Below, piece by piece: positions 8,836 to 14,998 of a stretch of DNA of 50,072 nt. The notes beneath the pieces are model-generated. The model was not told where the DNA came from and did no database searches. It worked only from the letters and a program-made list of their open reading frames with translations. Positions within the stretch are counted from its first letter, which is position 1; each line of letters starts with the position of its first letter. Source of the stretch: a virus (taxonomy: Duplodnaviria > Caudoviricetes); the IMG/VR virus record IMGVR_UViG_3300030099_000111, positions 1 through 50,072 of that record; one strand, given 5' to 3'. The position numbers were made by a program, and so were the translations under genes.

Positions 8836-8965
8836 GAGTAATACCTATATCTTTTAATTGTTCGTTGGTCATACTTGTCAACTGCCAGTGAGCCACTCTT
8901 CGCTCTTGGTGTTGTATTATCTTGTTGTTTGCTCTTTTGAGCACTTCTAATAATTTTGTCCACAT
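8804..8965 (-). CDS. DUF1127 (YjiS/CcaF1-like) small protein (not in ORF track)
   Basis: MWTKLLEVLKRANNKIIQHQERRVAHWQLTSMTNEQLKDIGITRGEISKKINR; L-xx-M-xxxx-L-x-DIGI-x-R-x-EI signature; AAGGA RBS. Confidence 0.85.
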   Translation of the reverse strand: MWTKLLEVLKRANNKIIQHQERRVAHWQLTSMTNEQLKDIGITRGEISKKINR

Positions 8966-9029
8966 AAACTATCCTTTCTTACATTAGTTGTGTACTAAGA
9001 ATAGTTTTACACATATGTGGACAAAATTA
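8951..9029 (-). promoter_or_regulatory. Hairpin sequestering the DUF1127 RBS and start codon
   Basis: Perfect 16-bp inverted repeat 8951-8966/9014-9029 plus inner 8966-8972/9001-9007. Confidence 0.75.
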
Positions 9030-9051
9030 AATAGACATTATTGCATAACCG

Positions 9052-9357
9052 TTATGTTAGAACTACACGAACCACAGTGCTTGAGCCACTAGCACGTCTG
9101 TAGTTTAAAATAGTAGCGTTACCCAAAGCTTTAGGTACAACAAAAGTATGTACCCCTGCAGGTAACTCTATATCATTATCATCAACATCAGCTTCAGCAG
9201 CACTGAAGTTAACGTCTAGAGCATGACTAGTTTCAATAATAACCATTTTGGCATTAGTGCAAACCACGTGTGTTGTGTTAGTGTTACTCAGGGTGACTGC
9301 ATCTTCTACAGACCACCCTAAGTTTTCACCAACTAAGGCTCCATTAACTTCAACCAT
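9052..9357 (-). CDS. Hypothetical beta-rich protein, possibly structural
   Basis: 101-aa ORF with AGGA RBS in the virion arm. Confidence 0.7.
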   Translation of the reverse strand: MVEVNGALVGENLGWSVEDAVTLSNTNTTHVVCTNAKMVIIETSHALDVNFSAAEADVDDNDIELPAGVHTFVVPKALGNATILNYRRASGSSTVVRVVLT

Positions 9358-9371
9358 AGTTGTATCCTAAC

Positions 9372-9881
9372 CTATGTAAATGGAGTTGCTGCAGTACCGT
9401 CACCGAATAGGTGTCCTGTAACTACCCACTTAGAATCAGTGATACATGTGTACTTAATCATACCACCGATAAAACGTCCTTTAGTATCACCGTCAGCTAC
9501 AATCTGATGATCTGCTGCTGCAGGTACTACAAACGCTAGTGTATCAATGTTTTCATTTAACGCAGCTAAACCACCGACTTCATCTTTGTCGATTATTGTA
9601 ATCATACCTTGAAGGGTATCTGCGCTAGATGCTGCATCAATTTGCATTGTTCCTGTAAATGTTGTGCCTACATGAAACTCATACGTTAATCCTGCTGCTG
9701 CTGCAGGTAGAGTTACGGTAATACCAGCAGCCCTGTTAAGAGTAAAGATAGTTCCTGACTCTGCTGCTGTTACTGTTTTAGTTGAATCAGTGATACTTGT
9801 CACTGCTGCTTTGATAGTAGTTAGAGTAATATCTTTTTCGTATACTTCGATACCCTCTTGCCTTGTTGCCGTTGCTGACAT
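9372..9881 (-). CDS. Putative head decoration/fibre protein
   Basis: TVTAAESGTIFTLNRAAGITVTLPAAAAGLTYEF beta-strand pattern seen in phage fibre/decoration domains. Confidence 0.55.
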   Translation of the reverse strand: MSATATRQEGIEVYEKDITLTTIKAAVTSITDSTKTVTAAESGTIFTLNRAAGITVTLPAAAAGLTYEFHVGTTFTGTMQIDAASSADTLQGMITIIDKDEVGGLAALNENIDTLAFVVPAAADHQIVADGDTKGRFIGGMIKYTCITDSKWVVTGHLFGDGTAATPFT

Positions 9882-10195
9882 TATTTGTCTCCTTTATAAA
9901 ACATTCCAGACTTTCTATAGTCTTTATTTCCATTACTGATCATGCCGCCTCTGTTCTTGAAGCCCATTTTGTTTCGTACTGCTGCAGGTAGTTTACCCAA
10001 ACCTTTGTTTCCTACAGGCACATCTTTTAGTTGTCCACCTTCGGACATACCCATAGCTGGGGCTGTACCCATCATCTTTTTAGGTTTACGTTGTTGTTGA
10101 CCCATCATCATACTACGTTGCCTCTCTTGATCTGCTTGTGTAGGATTGTACATAGGTTGTATAGGGTTTATGACGTTTGCGTTTTTAGTTCTCAT
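9881..10195 (-). CDS. Small basic Met/Gly-rich protein
   Basis: NKGLGKLPAAVRNKMGF motif; MSEGG and NRGG motifs. Confidence 0.75.
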   Translation of the reverse strand: MRTKNANVINPIQPMYNPTQADQERQRSMMMGQQQRKPKKMMGTAPAMGMSEGGQLKDVPVGNKGLGKLPAAVRNKMGFKNRGGMISNGNKDYRKSGMFYKGDK

Positions 10196-10199
10196 AACG

Positions 10200-10538
10200 C
10201 TACCCTTTCATAAGTTTATAACCTTTGGCTTTTGCTGCTGCACGAAGACTAGATAAAGTCATGCCTGTTTTACCACCATTAGCCATACCTTTTTTCTTCA
10301 TGCCCTTAACTTTACCGCCATTAGCCATGCCTTTCTTTTTCATAGACCTAACCTTACCACCGTTAGCCATGCCCTTTTTCTTCATGGATCTAACTTTACC
10401 TCCGTTAGCCATGCCTTTTTTCTTCATGGTTTTCTTTACTTTGCCACCATTAGCCATGCCTTTTTTCTTTACTTTACCACCGTTTTTGTATTTTCTCATA
10501 GCTCCACCACGAGCCATACCTTTCTTTTTCATTTTCAT
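10200..10538 (-). CDS. Lys-rich tandem-repeat protein (KKKGMANGGKV)
   Basis: Five MANGG repeats plus MARGG and YKNGG; no acidic residues; GAGGA RBS. Confidence 0.85.
   Translation of the reverse strand: MKMKKKGMARGGAMRKYKNGGKVKKKGMANGGKVKKTMKKKGMANGGKVRSMKKKGMANGGKVRSMKKKGMANGGKVKGMKKKGMANGGKTGMTLSSLRAAAKAKGYKLMKG
10269..10530 (-). repeat. Coding tandem repeat of about 33-45 nt with synonymous variation
   Basis: Repeated ttagccatgcctt units on the + strand with degenerate third positions. Confidence 0.85.
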
Positions 10539-10540
10539 GG

Positions 10541-11218
10541 TTAATCCTCACTGTATAGATTGTTAAACACTCGTTGCGTATCCCAAACGTACTCTACGTC
10601 TTGCTTAGAGTGAAATATGTTTTGGTTAGGTTTAAAGTCAGGAGCACCTTCGCCAGCTTCAAACCATGCAGGGTGAGTTACCCTCACTCTATTATTAGGC
10701 AACGCAACCATGTTGCCAGTATATTCACCTGCATCTAATAACTCCAACACGTGTGATTGTTTGTGCTGCGCTGGGTCATCTGCTACCTCGCTGTCTGTGT
10801 AGTCAACAGTGAAGTAATACTTTGCAGGATAAAACTCATTGTCTATCTTAGCTATCCACGGTGCAGGGCTTGCCCTGTTAATCACGTAAACGGAGTGTTC
10901 ATGCGACATGCAATCCCACGGCTGCGCTAAGTAAGGTGGAAGTTCTTGGGGCCACTCCTCTAAAGGGGTATCTGCAACGAGCGCAGTTAGCGGCATTCTA
11001 GCCCACATTGCTCCACCATGCACGTTAGGGCTATCTTCGTCATCATCGGACTCATAGCCAGTAAATATTACTTGAAAGCTTAGTGTCCTGTTAGGCATAG
11101 TCGTAACTGCTACAACCATACAATGCAAGAACTCGCCATGATATTCCTGCATATTCTTTGTGTATTCTCTTCTTACCCACGCTTTGAAGTAGGGTATATT
11201 ACTTTGTAGATACGCCAT
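10541..11218 (-). CDS. Conserved marine-phage hypothetical protein
   Basis: Start MAYLQSNIPYF; GAMWARMP, QPWDC, YYFTVD, HKQSH, ALPNNR motifs. Confidence 0.8.
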   Translation of the reverse strand: MAYLQSNIPYFKAWVRREYTKNMQEYHGEFLHCMVVAVTTMPNRTLSFQVIFTGYESDDDEDSPNVHGGAMWARMPLTALVADTPLEEWPQELPPYLAQPWDCMSHEHSVYVINRASPAPWIAKIDNEFYPAKYYFTVDYTDSEVADDPAQHKQSHVLELLDAGEYTGNMVALPNNRVRVTHPAWFEAGEGAPDFKPNQNIFHSKQDVEYVWDTQRVFNNLYSED

Positions 11219-11504
11219 CTTTTTTGTGTTTCCTTCGCAAATCTGCTTTAGCTTGTTTGAAGACATTTGCTATAGCTGTCTTCCCCATAACTTTAGCACG
11301 TTGTTCAGCTACTGTCAATATCTGAATCTTTCTTGCGTAGGGTTTCTTGATGCGTTTTACTTTAGCTACTGTAGCTCTAGCGTCAGCCATAGTAGCAAAC
11401 TTAATAGATACTGTATCTTTAGGGTTTTCGTCTGTGTATAGCCTACGTCCAGACCCTTTAGGTTTTTTACCTGTTCCTACTTTTGGGTCTTTTTGCTTTG
11501 CCAT
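11199..11504 (-). CDS. Basic hypothetical protein
   Basis: DPKVGTGKKPKGSGRRLYTDENPKDTVSIKF motif. Confidence 0.75.
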   Translation of the reverse strand: MAKQKDPKVGTGKKPKGSGRRLYTDENPKDTVSIKFATMADARATVAKVKRIKKPYARKIQILTVAEQRAKVMGKTAIANVFKQAKADLRRKHKKDGVSTK

Positions 11505-11616
11505 TACCTACTAAACCTTTTAAAGTTCTTGCTTGACCTTGGTGTGTTTTTACAGCTTTGTTCAAACCTTTTATAACACCTCGTACTTTTTTCTTATTTC
11601 CTTTTGTTAGTGGCAT
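11467..11616 (-). CDS. Small basic protein
   Basis: Likely start MPLTKGNKKKV at 11616; VIKGLNKAVKTHQGQA. Confidence 0.6.
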   Translation of the reverse strand: MPLTKGNKKKVRGVIKGLNKAVKTHQGQARTLKGLVGNGKAKRPKSRNR

Positions 11617-11737
11617 TCTTTTTCCTTTTTGCTTTACTGGGTAATAAACCTTTACTAACTGCACGAGCACGTTCAGAAAAACCCATCTTTTCTCCTGTGC
11701 GTATCTTGCGTTTAATAGTTGATACTTTAGCTACCAT
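11594..11737 (-). CDS. 47-aa basic protein (not in ORF track)
   Basis: MVAKVSTIKRKIRTGEKMGFSERARAVSKGLLPSKAKRKKNATNKRK; overlaps both neighbours. Confidence 0.6.
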   Translation of the reverse strand: MVAKVSTIKRKIRTGEKMGFSERARAVSKGLLPSKAKRKKNATNKRK

Positions 11738-12015
11738 GCTTTGCAGGACCAGTATCTTGCAGTAAATTTATCTTTGGCTGTATCGCATTTGTGTCGAGCA
11801 CGAAAACTTTTACGTGCTGCAGCGTTATCTTTTCGGATGGGCATATTAGGATCGCCAAACCGAACAACTTTTATCTCGTCACCTTTTTTAGCTAACACGG
11901 CTGACTTCTTAGATTCACCTGATAGTCGTTTAACTTTGTTGTAGCCTGGGAATATCTCACCACGATACTTTAGTTTGCCACTGGGTAGTCGCTCTACATC
12001 TTTAGTTGTTGCCAT
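11731..12015 (-). CDS. Basic protein, VRFGD/RKSFRARHKC/ARYWSC family
   Basis: Motifs seen directly in the translation; GAGG RBS. Confidence 0.8.
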   Translation of the reverse strand: MATTKDVERLPSGKLKYRGEIFPGYNKVKRLSGESKKSAVLAKKGDEIKVVRFGDPNMPIRKDNAAARKSFRARHKCDTAKDKFTARYWSCKAW

Positions 12016-12024
12016 TAGTTAACC

Positions 12025-12099
12025 TCAGTTAGTTAATAAAGCTAATGTAATTAAACCCATCCATACAGTAATTACAGCTACCGTCAAATATGTATTCAT
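12025..12099 (-). CDS. 24-aa hydrophobic peptide (not in ORF track)
   Basis: MNTYLTVAVITVWMGLITLALLTN, AAGGT RBS, fills the gap between two genes. Confidence 0.5.
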   Translation of the reverse strand: MNTYLTVAVITVWMGLITLALLTN

Positions 12100-12110
12100 A
12101 GTCTTACCTT

Positions 12111-12473
12111 TTATTTTCTTGGATCAAGCATATCCATATGATCACGGTTCATAAACTTCAAACTGTTCTCCATTAAAGCCATGCGTTGTTGCAAAGCAGT
12201 AATAGCTCCTATCGTTTTTGTTAAGTTTTCTGTTTCTTCCCAAAGTTCTTCTATCTCTTCAAACGCACCATCAATGTAGGCCATGTTGTCCAGCACATCA
12301 CGTTTAAGATTAACGTTATCCTCTACAGCCATCTTACTAGCAAACTGAGATACAGTTTCTTCTAGGCTTGATATAGTAGCAGCTTGTTGTGATACCCACC
12401 ACACACCACCTGCTAGTTGTGCGCCCATTGCTACTACGAGTGCTATAGGTAGTTTCATATTATCCATCTGCAT
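12111..12473 (-). CDS. Membrane-anchored coiled-coil protein
   Basis: N-terminal hydrophobic helix followed by heptad repeats. Confidence 0.7.
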   Translation of the reverse strand: MQMDNMKLPIALVVAMGAQLAGGVWWVSQQAATISSLEETVSQFASKMAVEDNVNLKRDVLDNMAYIDGAFEEIEELWEETENLTKTIGAITALQQRMALMENSLKFMNRDHMDMLDPRK

Positions 12474-12732
12474 ATTCCCTTTTTCTGTCGGGGTCTAGAA
12501 CTTCGTGTCGTTCTAAATGTCCTTCTAAGTACATAGCTCTTTCTACATGATCCAATGTGTACCACTCTCCAGTACGATTGTAGATTGCTTCTCGTACATA
12601 GAACACATCCGACTTGGGTATGTGTACTTTCCTCATAGCATACGAGTTATTAGAGGCTAATGCATTATAAAAGTCTTCTAAAACACTTTCACTTTGACAT
12701 AGTTGTACTCTTTTATTTTTCATTGTCAACAC
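12460..12732 (-). CDS. Hypothetical protein, first gene of the virion arm
   Basis: HIPKSDVFYVREAI...TLDHVERAMYLEG; start uncertain (ATG at 12723 likely). Confidence 0.7.
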   Translation of the reverse strand: MLTMKNKRVQLCQSESVLEDFYNALASNNSYAMRKVHIPKSDVFYVREAIYNRTGEWYTLDHVERAMYLEGHLERHEVLDPDRKREYADG

Positions 12733-12755
12733 ATATTTAACCTATGAGGGAAAAA

Positions 12756-12833
12756 AAGTGTTACAGATACAAATATGGTAGGGAGAGAGGAGACACATGG
12801 GAGGAGCTTTACCAAACTGTGTCTGTAACACTT
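12756..12833. repeat. 16-bp inverted repeat / stem-loop
   Basis: aagtgttacagataca 12756-12771 pairs with tgtgtctgtaacactt 12818-12833 (one G-T). Confidence 0.75.
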
Positions 12834-12835
12834 AT

Positions 12836-12991
12836 AGTTTAACTATAGTTCGTTTATTATTATAGTTATAGTGTAATAGTATCATAGTTTAACTAGTAGT
12901 GTCAATATATTTTTTTATTTAATTGGTAGTTTAACTTTAAGTTTAACTATTTTATAATCGTTTTATAGAAGTTTTAACTCTAAGTTTAACT
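12836..12991. repeat. Cluster of AGTTTAACT palindromic repeats
   Basis: Exact copies at 12836, 12886, 12928, 12940, 12983 and a variant at 12970, in a very AT-rich tract. Confidence 0.8.
12878..12905 (-). promoter_or_regulatory. Putative promoter TTGACA-N16-GATACT
   Basis: Minus strand ttgacactactagttaaactatgatact upstream of the virion arm. Confidence 0.5.
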
Positions 12992-13010
12992 AAGCTACTT
13001 CTACTTCGTA

Positions 13011-13038
13011 GTTTTACACGGATTTACACCTAAGTCAA
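13011..13038 (-). promoter_or_regulatory. Putative promoter TTGACT-N16-TAAAAC
   Basis: Minus strand ttgacttaggtgtaaatccgtgtaaaact. Confidence 0.5.
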
Positions 13039-13534
13039 CCCTAAAAGTACACCTAGTTGCATTATTATCACAGTGTGTTACCCTCTGTATACACTAAAAT
13101 AGGGCAAAACTCAAAATCTGGTGTGTTGCAGTGTACATATACATATACGGTATACCCCCTACTGGCCCTTGCAGGGTACATATCGTGAACAAAAGGTGAA
13201 CAAACCAGAAACAAAAGAACAAAAGGTAAACAAAATCTATGCAAAAATCCCAGCTCGTCAAAAACTCCGGGGTAAAGCATTGTTTTTATTGCACAAATTT
13301 ACAGATCAGTTGTCAGTATCTATAAAATATATGAAAAAAAGATCGAAAATTTCACGAGAAGCAAAAACTCTGGAATGGATGCACAAAACAGAAAAGCAAA
13401 TCACTTGAGCAAATCACCTCAAAAAATACCCAAGTTTTACACCCTACCCCATTGTGCAGCTTGTCGAATACCTACCCCAAACATAACGTAACCTATTGAA
13501 ATATATAACAAAACGCAGATAATTATTTTAGGGC

Positions 13535-13564
13535 TTTACATATTTAAAAAAGTATGAGCATACT
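13535..13564 (+). promoter_or_regulatory. Putative early promoter TTTACA-N18-CATACT
   Basis: Sigma70-like hexamers with an AT-rich upstream tract. Confidence 0.45.
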
Positions 13565-13676
13565 AGTCTCATCAAATTGCAGAGTAGCTTTAACGCCTTG
13601 ATCCTAAAGTTTGATAGTAAAAGCTCAGTAAGTGCAATCCAGTCTTACAAGAATAAATGACTAACTAAATAAATAC

Positions 13677-13705
13677 TTGACTAACTAAATTAAAAATTAC
13701 AGACT
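13677..13705 (+). promoter_or_regulatory. Putative early promoter TTGACT-N17-CAGACT
   Basis: 17-bp spacer; overlapped by the direct repeat TGACTAACTAAAT; predicted start coincides with the 5' end of the structured RNA. Confidence 0.6.
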
Positions 13706-13712
13706 AAATACA

Positions 13713-13973
13713 CAAGCTCTAGTAGATGGATGTCTACATGCTGACTAAATGAGAGGCTTAAAGAACCTCAGAGGAAGACGGATGGAAGTGACGCCGTTGT
13801 AGTAGAACCTACGTAAAACTATTCCCGAAGGTATGCAGTGCAACCCTGTGCTATAGAACGGTAAAATACATCAGTCCGTCATTAGGAAAAGCTTGATGTT
13901 TTTTGCGAGGCACACGCCAACTAATCTGAGCCAACTCAGACTTATGCTTGACATATGGGTTGGCTTGTGTCTT
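13713..13973 (+). ncRNA. Candidate structured ncRNA / early leader
   Basis: Nested helices 13713-18/13890-95, 13777-82/13875-80, 13794-98/13857-61; hairpins 13722-37 and 13753-69; second domain 13908-21/13959-73. Confidence 0.55.
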
Positions 13974-14001
13974 ACTGAAAATATTACAGAGAGGTGATAC
14001 A

Positions 14002-14139
14002 ATGCAAGTATGGACTTTAAACTTAAAAGACTATGAAACTAGCTATACTACTCAAATATTTATTGAGGCTAGTAGTTATAACAAAGCATTTGAAATATTA
14101 ACTAAATGGTATAGAGGTTGGGAGGTGATACATGACTAA
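14002..14139 (+). CDS. Small early protein
   Basis: ATG at 14002 after GAGGTG RBS; MQVWTLNLKD... Confidence 0.7.
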   Translation: MQVWTLNLKDYETSYTTQIFIEASSYNKAFEILTKWYRGWEVIHD

Positions 14140-14740
14140 GATAGTAAACGACTTCATGGCATACGTGGATAACATTGAGAATGTTTACACACAATGCACT
14201 AGTCCAGAGATAGCACACGGTATGACTTGGTATGCAGATGCTAAGTCTAGCGCCTACGAGATATGCGACAAGTATGAACTACCGTTGCACATTGTAGTCG
14301 GTGTTATTTCCGCACTAAGTCCGACTAACAAGTGGGAGATAAACCTACGCAATGCTGATGATATGTGCCGTATCTTTACAGACGGTGGCTATATAGAAGA
14401 GTGCAAGCCTAGCACGTATAACACAATGCGAGACAAGGCTTGGTCAATACTACAGAGTATGCCACACACTAGTGGAGATGTAGCATTCATACTCAGAGGT
14501 CCAAAAATCACAGACTTCTTTTGGTGTATCTTAGGTGATGACACTTGTGTAATTGATGGACACGCTTGGTGCATTGCTCACAACGATAGACGCAAGCTAC
14601 AAGAAGTACCAAACATAGGTAAAGCATTGCGACAAGACCTACAAGAAGCTTACAGAAGTGTAGGACTAAAGCACAATATGAAAGCATACGAGATGCAAGC
14701 TGCTACATGGTTAGCTTGGAAAAGAATACATAACGTATAG
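14132..14740 (+). CDS. Conserved early phage protein (possible HhH/glycosylase-like fold)
   Basis: WY, ISALSP..W..N, GPKI..F, IDGHA, QAATW motifs; GGAGGTG RBS. Confidence 0.7.
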   Translation: MTKIVNDFMAYVDNIENVYTQCTSPEIAHGMTWYADAKSSAYEICDKYELPLHIVVGVISALSPTNKWEINLRNADDMCRIFTDGGYIEECKPSTYNTMRDKAWSILQSMPHTSGDVAFILRGPKITDFFWCILGDDTCVIDGHAWCIAHNDRRKLQEVPNIGKALRQDLQEAYRSVGLKHNMKAYEMQAATWLAWKRIHNV

Positions 14741-14752
14741 GAAGGATATATA

Positions 14753-14944
14753 ATGCAATTTAAATGTGAAATAGACATGGACAACGATGCATTTGATGAC
14801 GGAGGTGATTATCATCGATTTGAGTTATCTAGAGTGCTTAACAAGGTAGCAAGAGAGTTTTATGAGTTTGGATGCTCTGAACGCACCAAAGCAATTTGGG
14901 ATGCCAACGGTAATAAAATTGGTTCTTGGACAATTAAAGTTTGA
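14753..14944 (+). CDS. Small early protein
   Basis: IDMDNDAF...DANGNKIG motif; AAGGA RBS. Confidence 0.75.
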   Translation: MQFKCEIDMDNDAFDDGGDYHRFELSRVLNKVAREFYEFGCSERTKAIWDANGNKIGSWTIKV

Positions 14945-14969
14945 CAACCAAATAAAATTATGATTTAAC
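14941..14969 (+). promoter_or_regulatory. Putative promoter TTGACA-N17-TTTAAC with extended TG
   Basis: ttgacaaccaaataaaattatgatttaact in the intergenic gap. Confidence 0.6.
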
Positions 14970-14998
14970 TAAACTACAAACAGAAAAGGAGACACACA

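Noticed and set aside
8637-8963. Tracked 108-aa ORF
   Set aside because: Overlaps two better-supported genes in other frames (DUF1127 and the GQWSARKAQ protein); the RBS fits the ATG at 8965.
10269-10530. CRISPR-like array
   Set aside because: Repeats are in-frame coding units with synonymous changes and no unique spacers.
12931-12990. CtrA boxes (TTAA-N7-TTAA)
   Set aside because: Both TTAA pairs are separated by 8 nt, not 7.
13068-13408. Tracked ORFs 13068..13280 (-) and 13121..13408 (+)
   Set aside because: No RBS, GTG starts, and composition driven by A-tracts and DNA repeats; more likely non-coding.
13800-13860. Cobalamin riboswitch or tRNA (GUGCAACC T-loop-like)
   Set aside because: No B12 box or GGGAA core, and no cloverleaf or GTTCRA; only the loop resembles them.
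13713-13895. Hammerhead ribozyme (CUGA...GA, GAAA and flanking stems)
   Set aside because: CUGA is followed by CUAAAU before GA, and the stem II candidate is not followed by GAAA; the core geometry does not fit.
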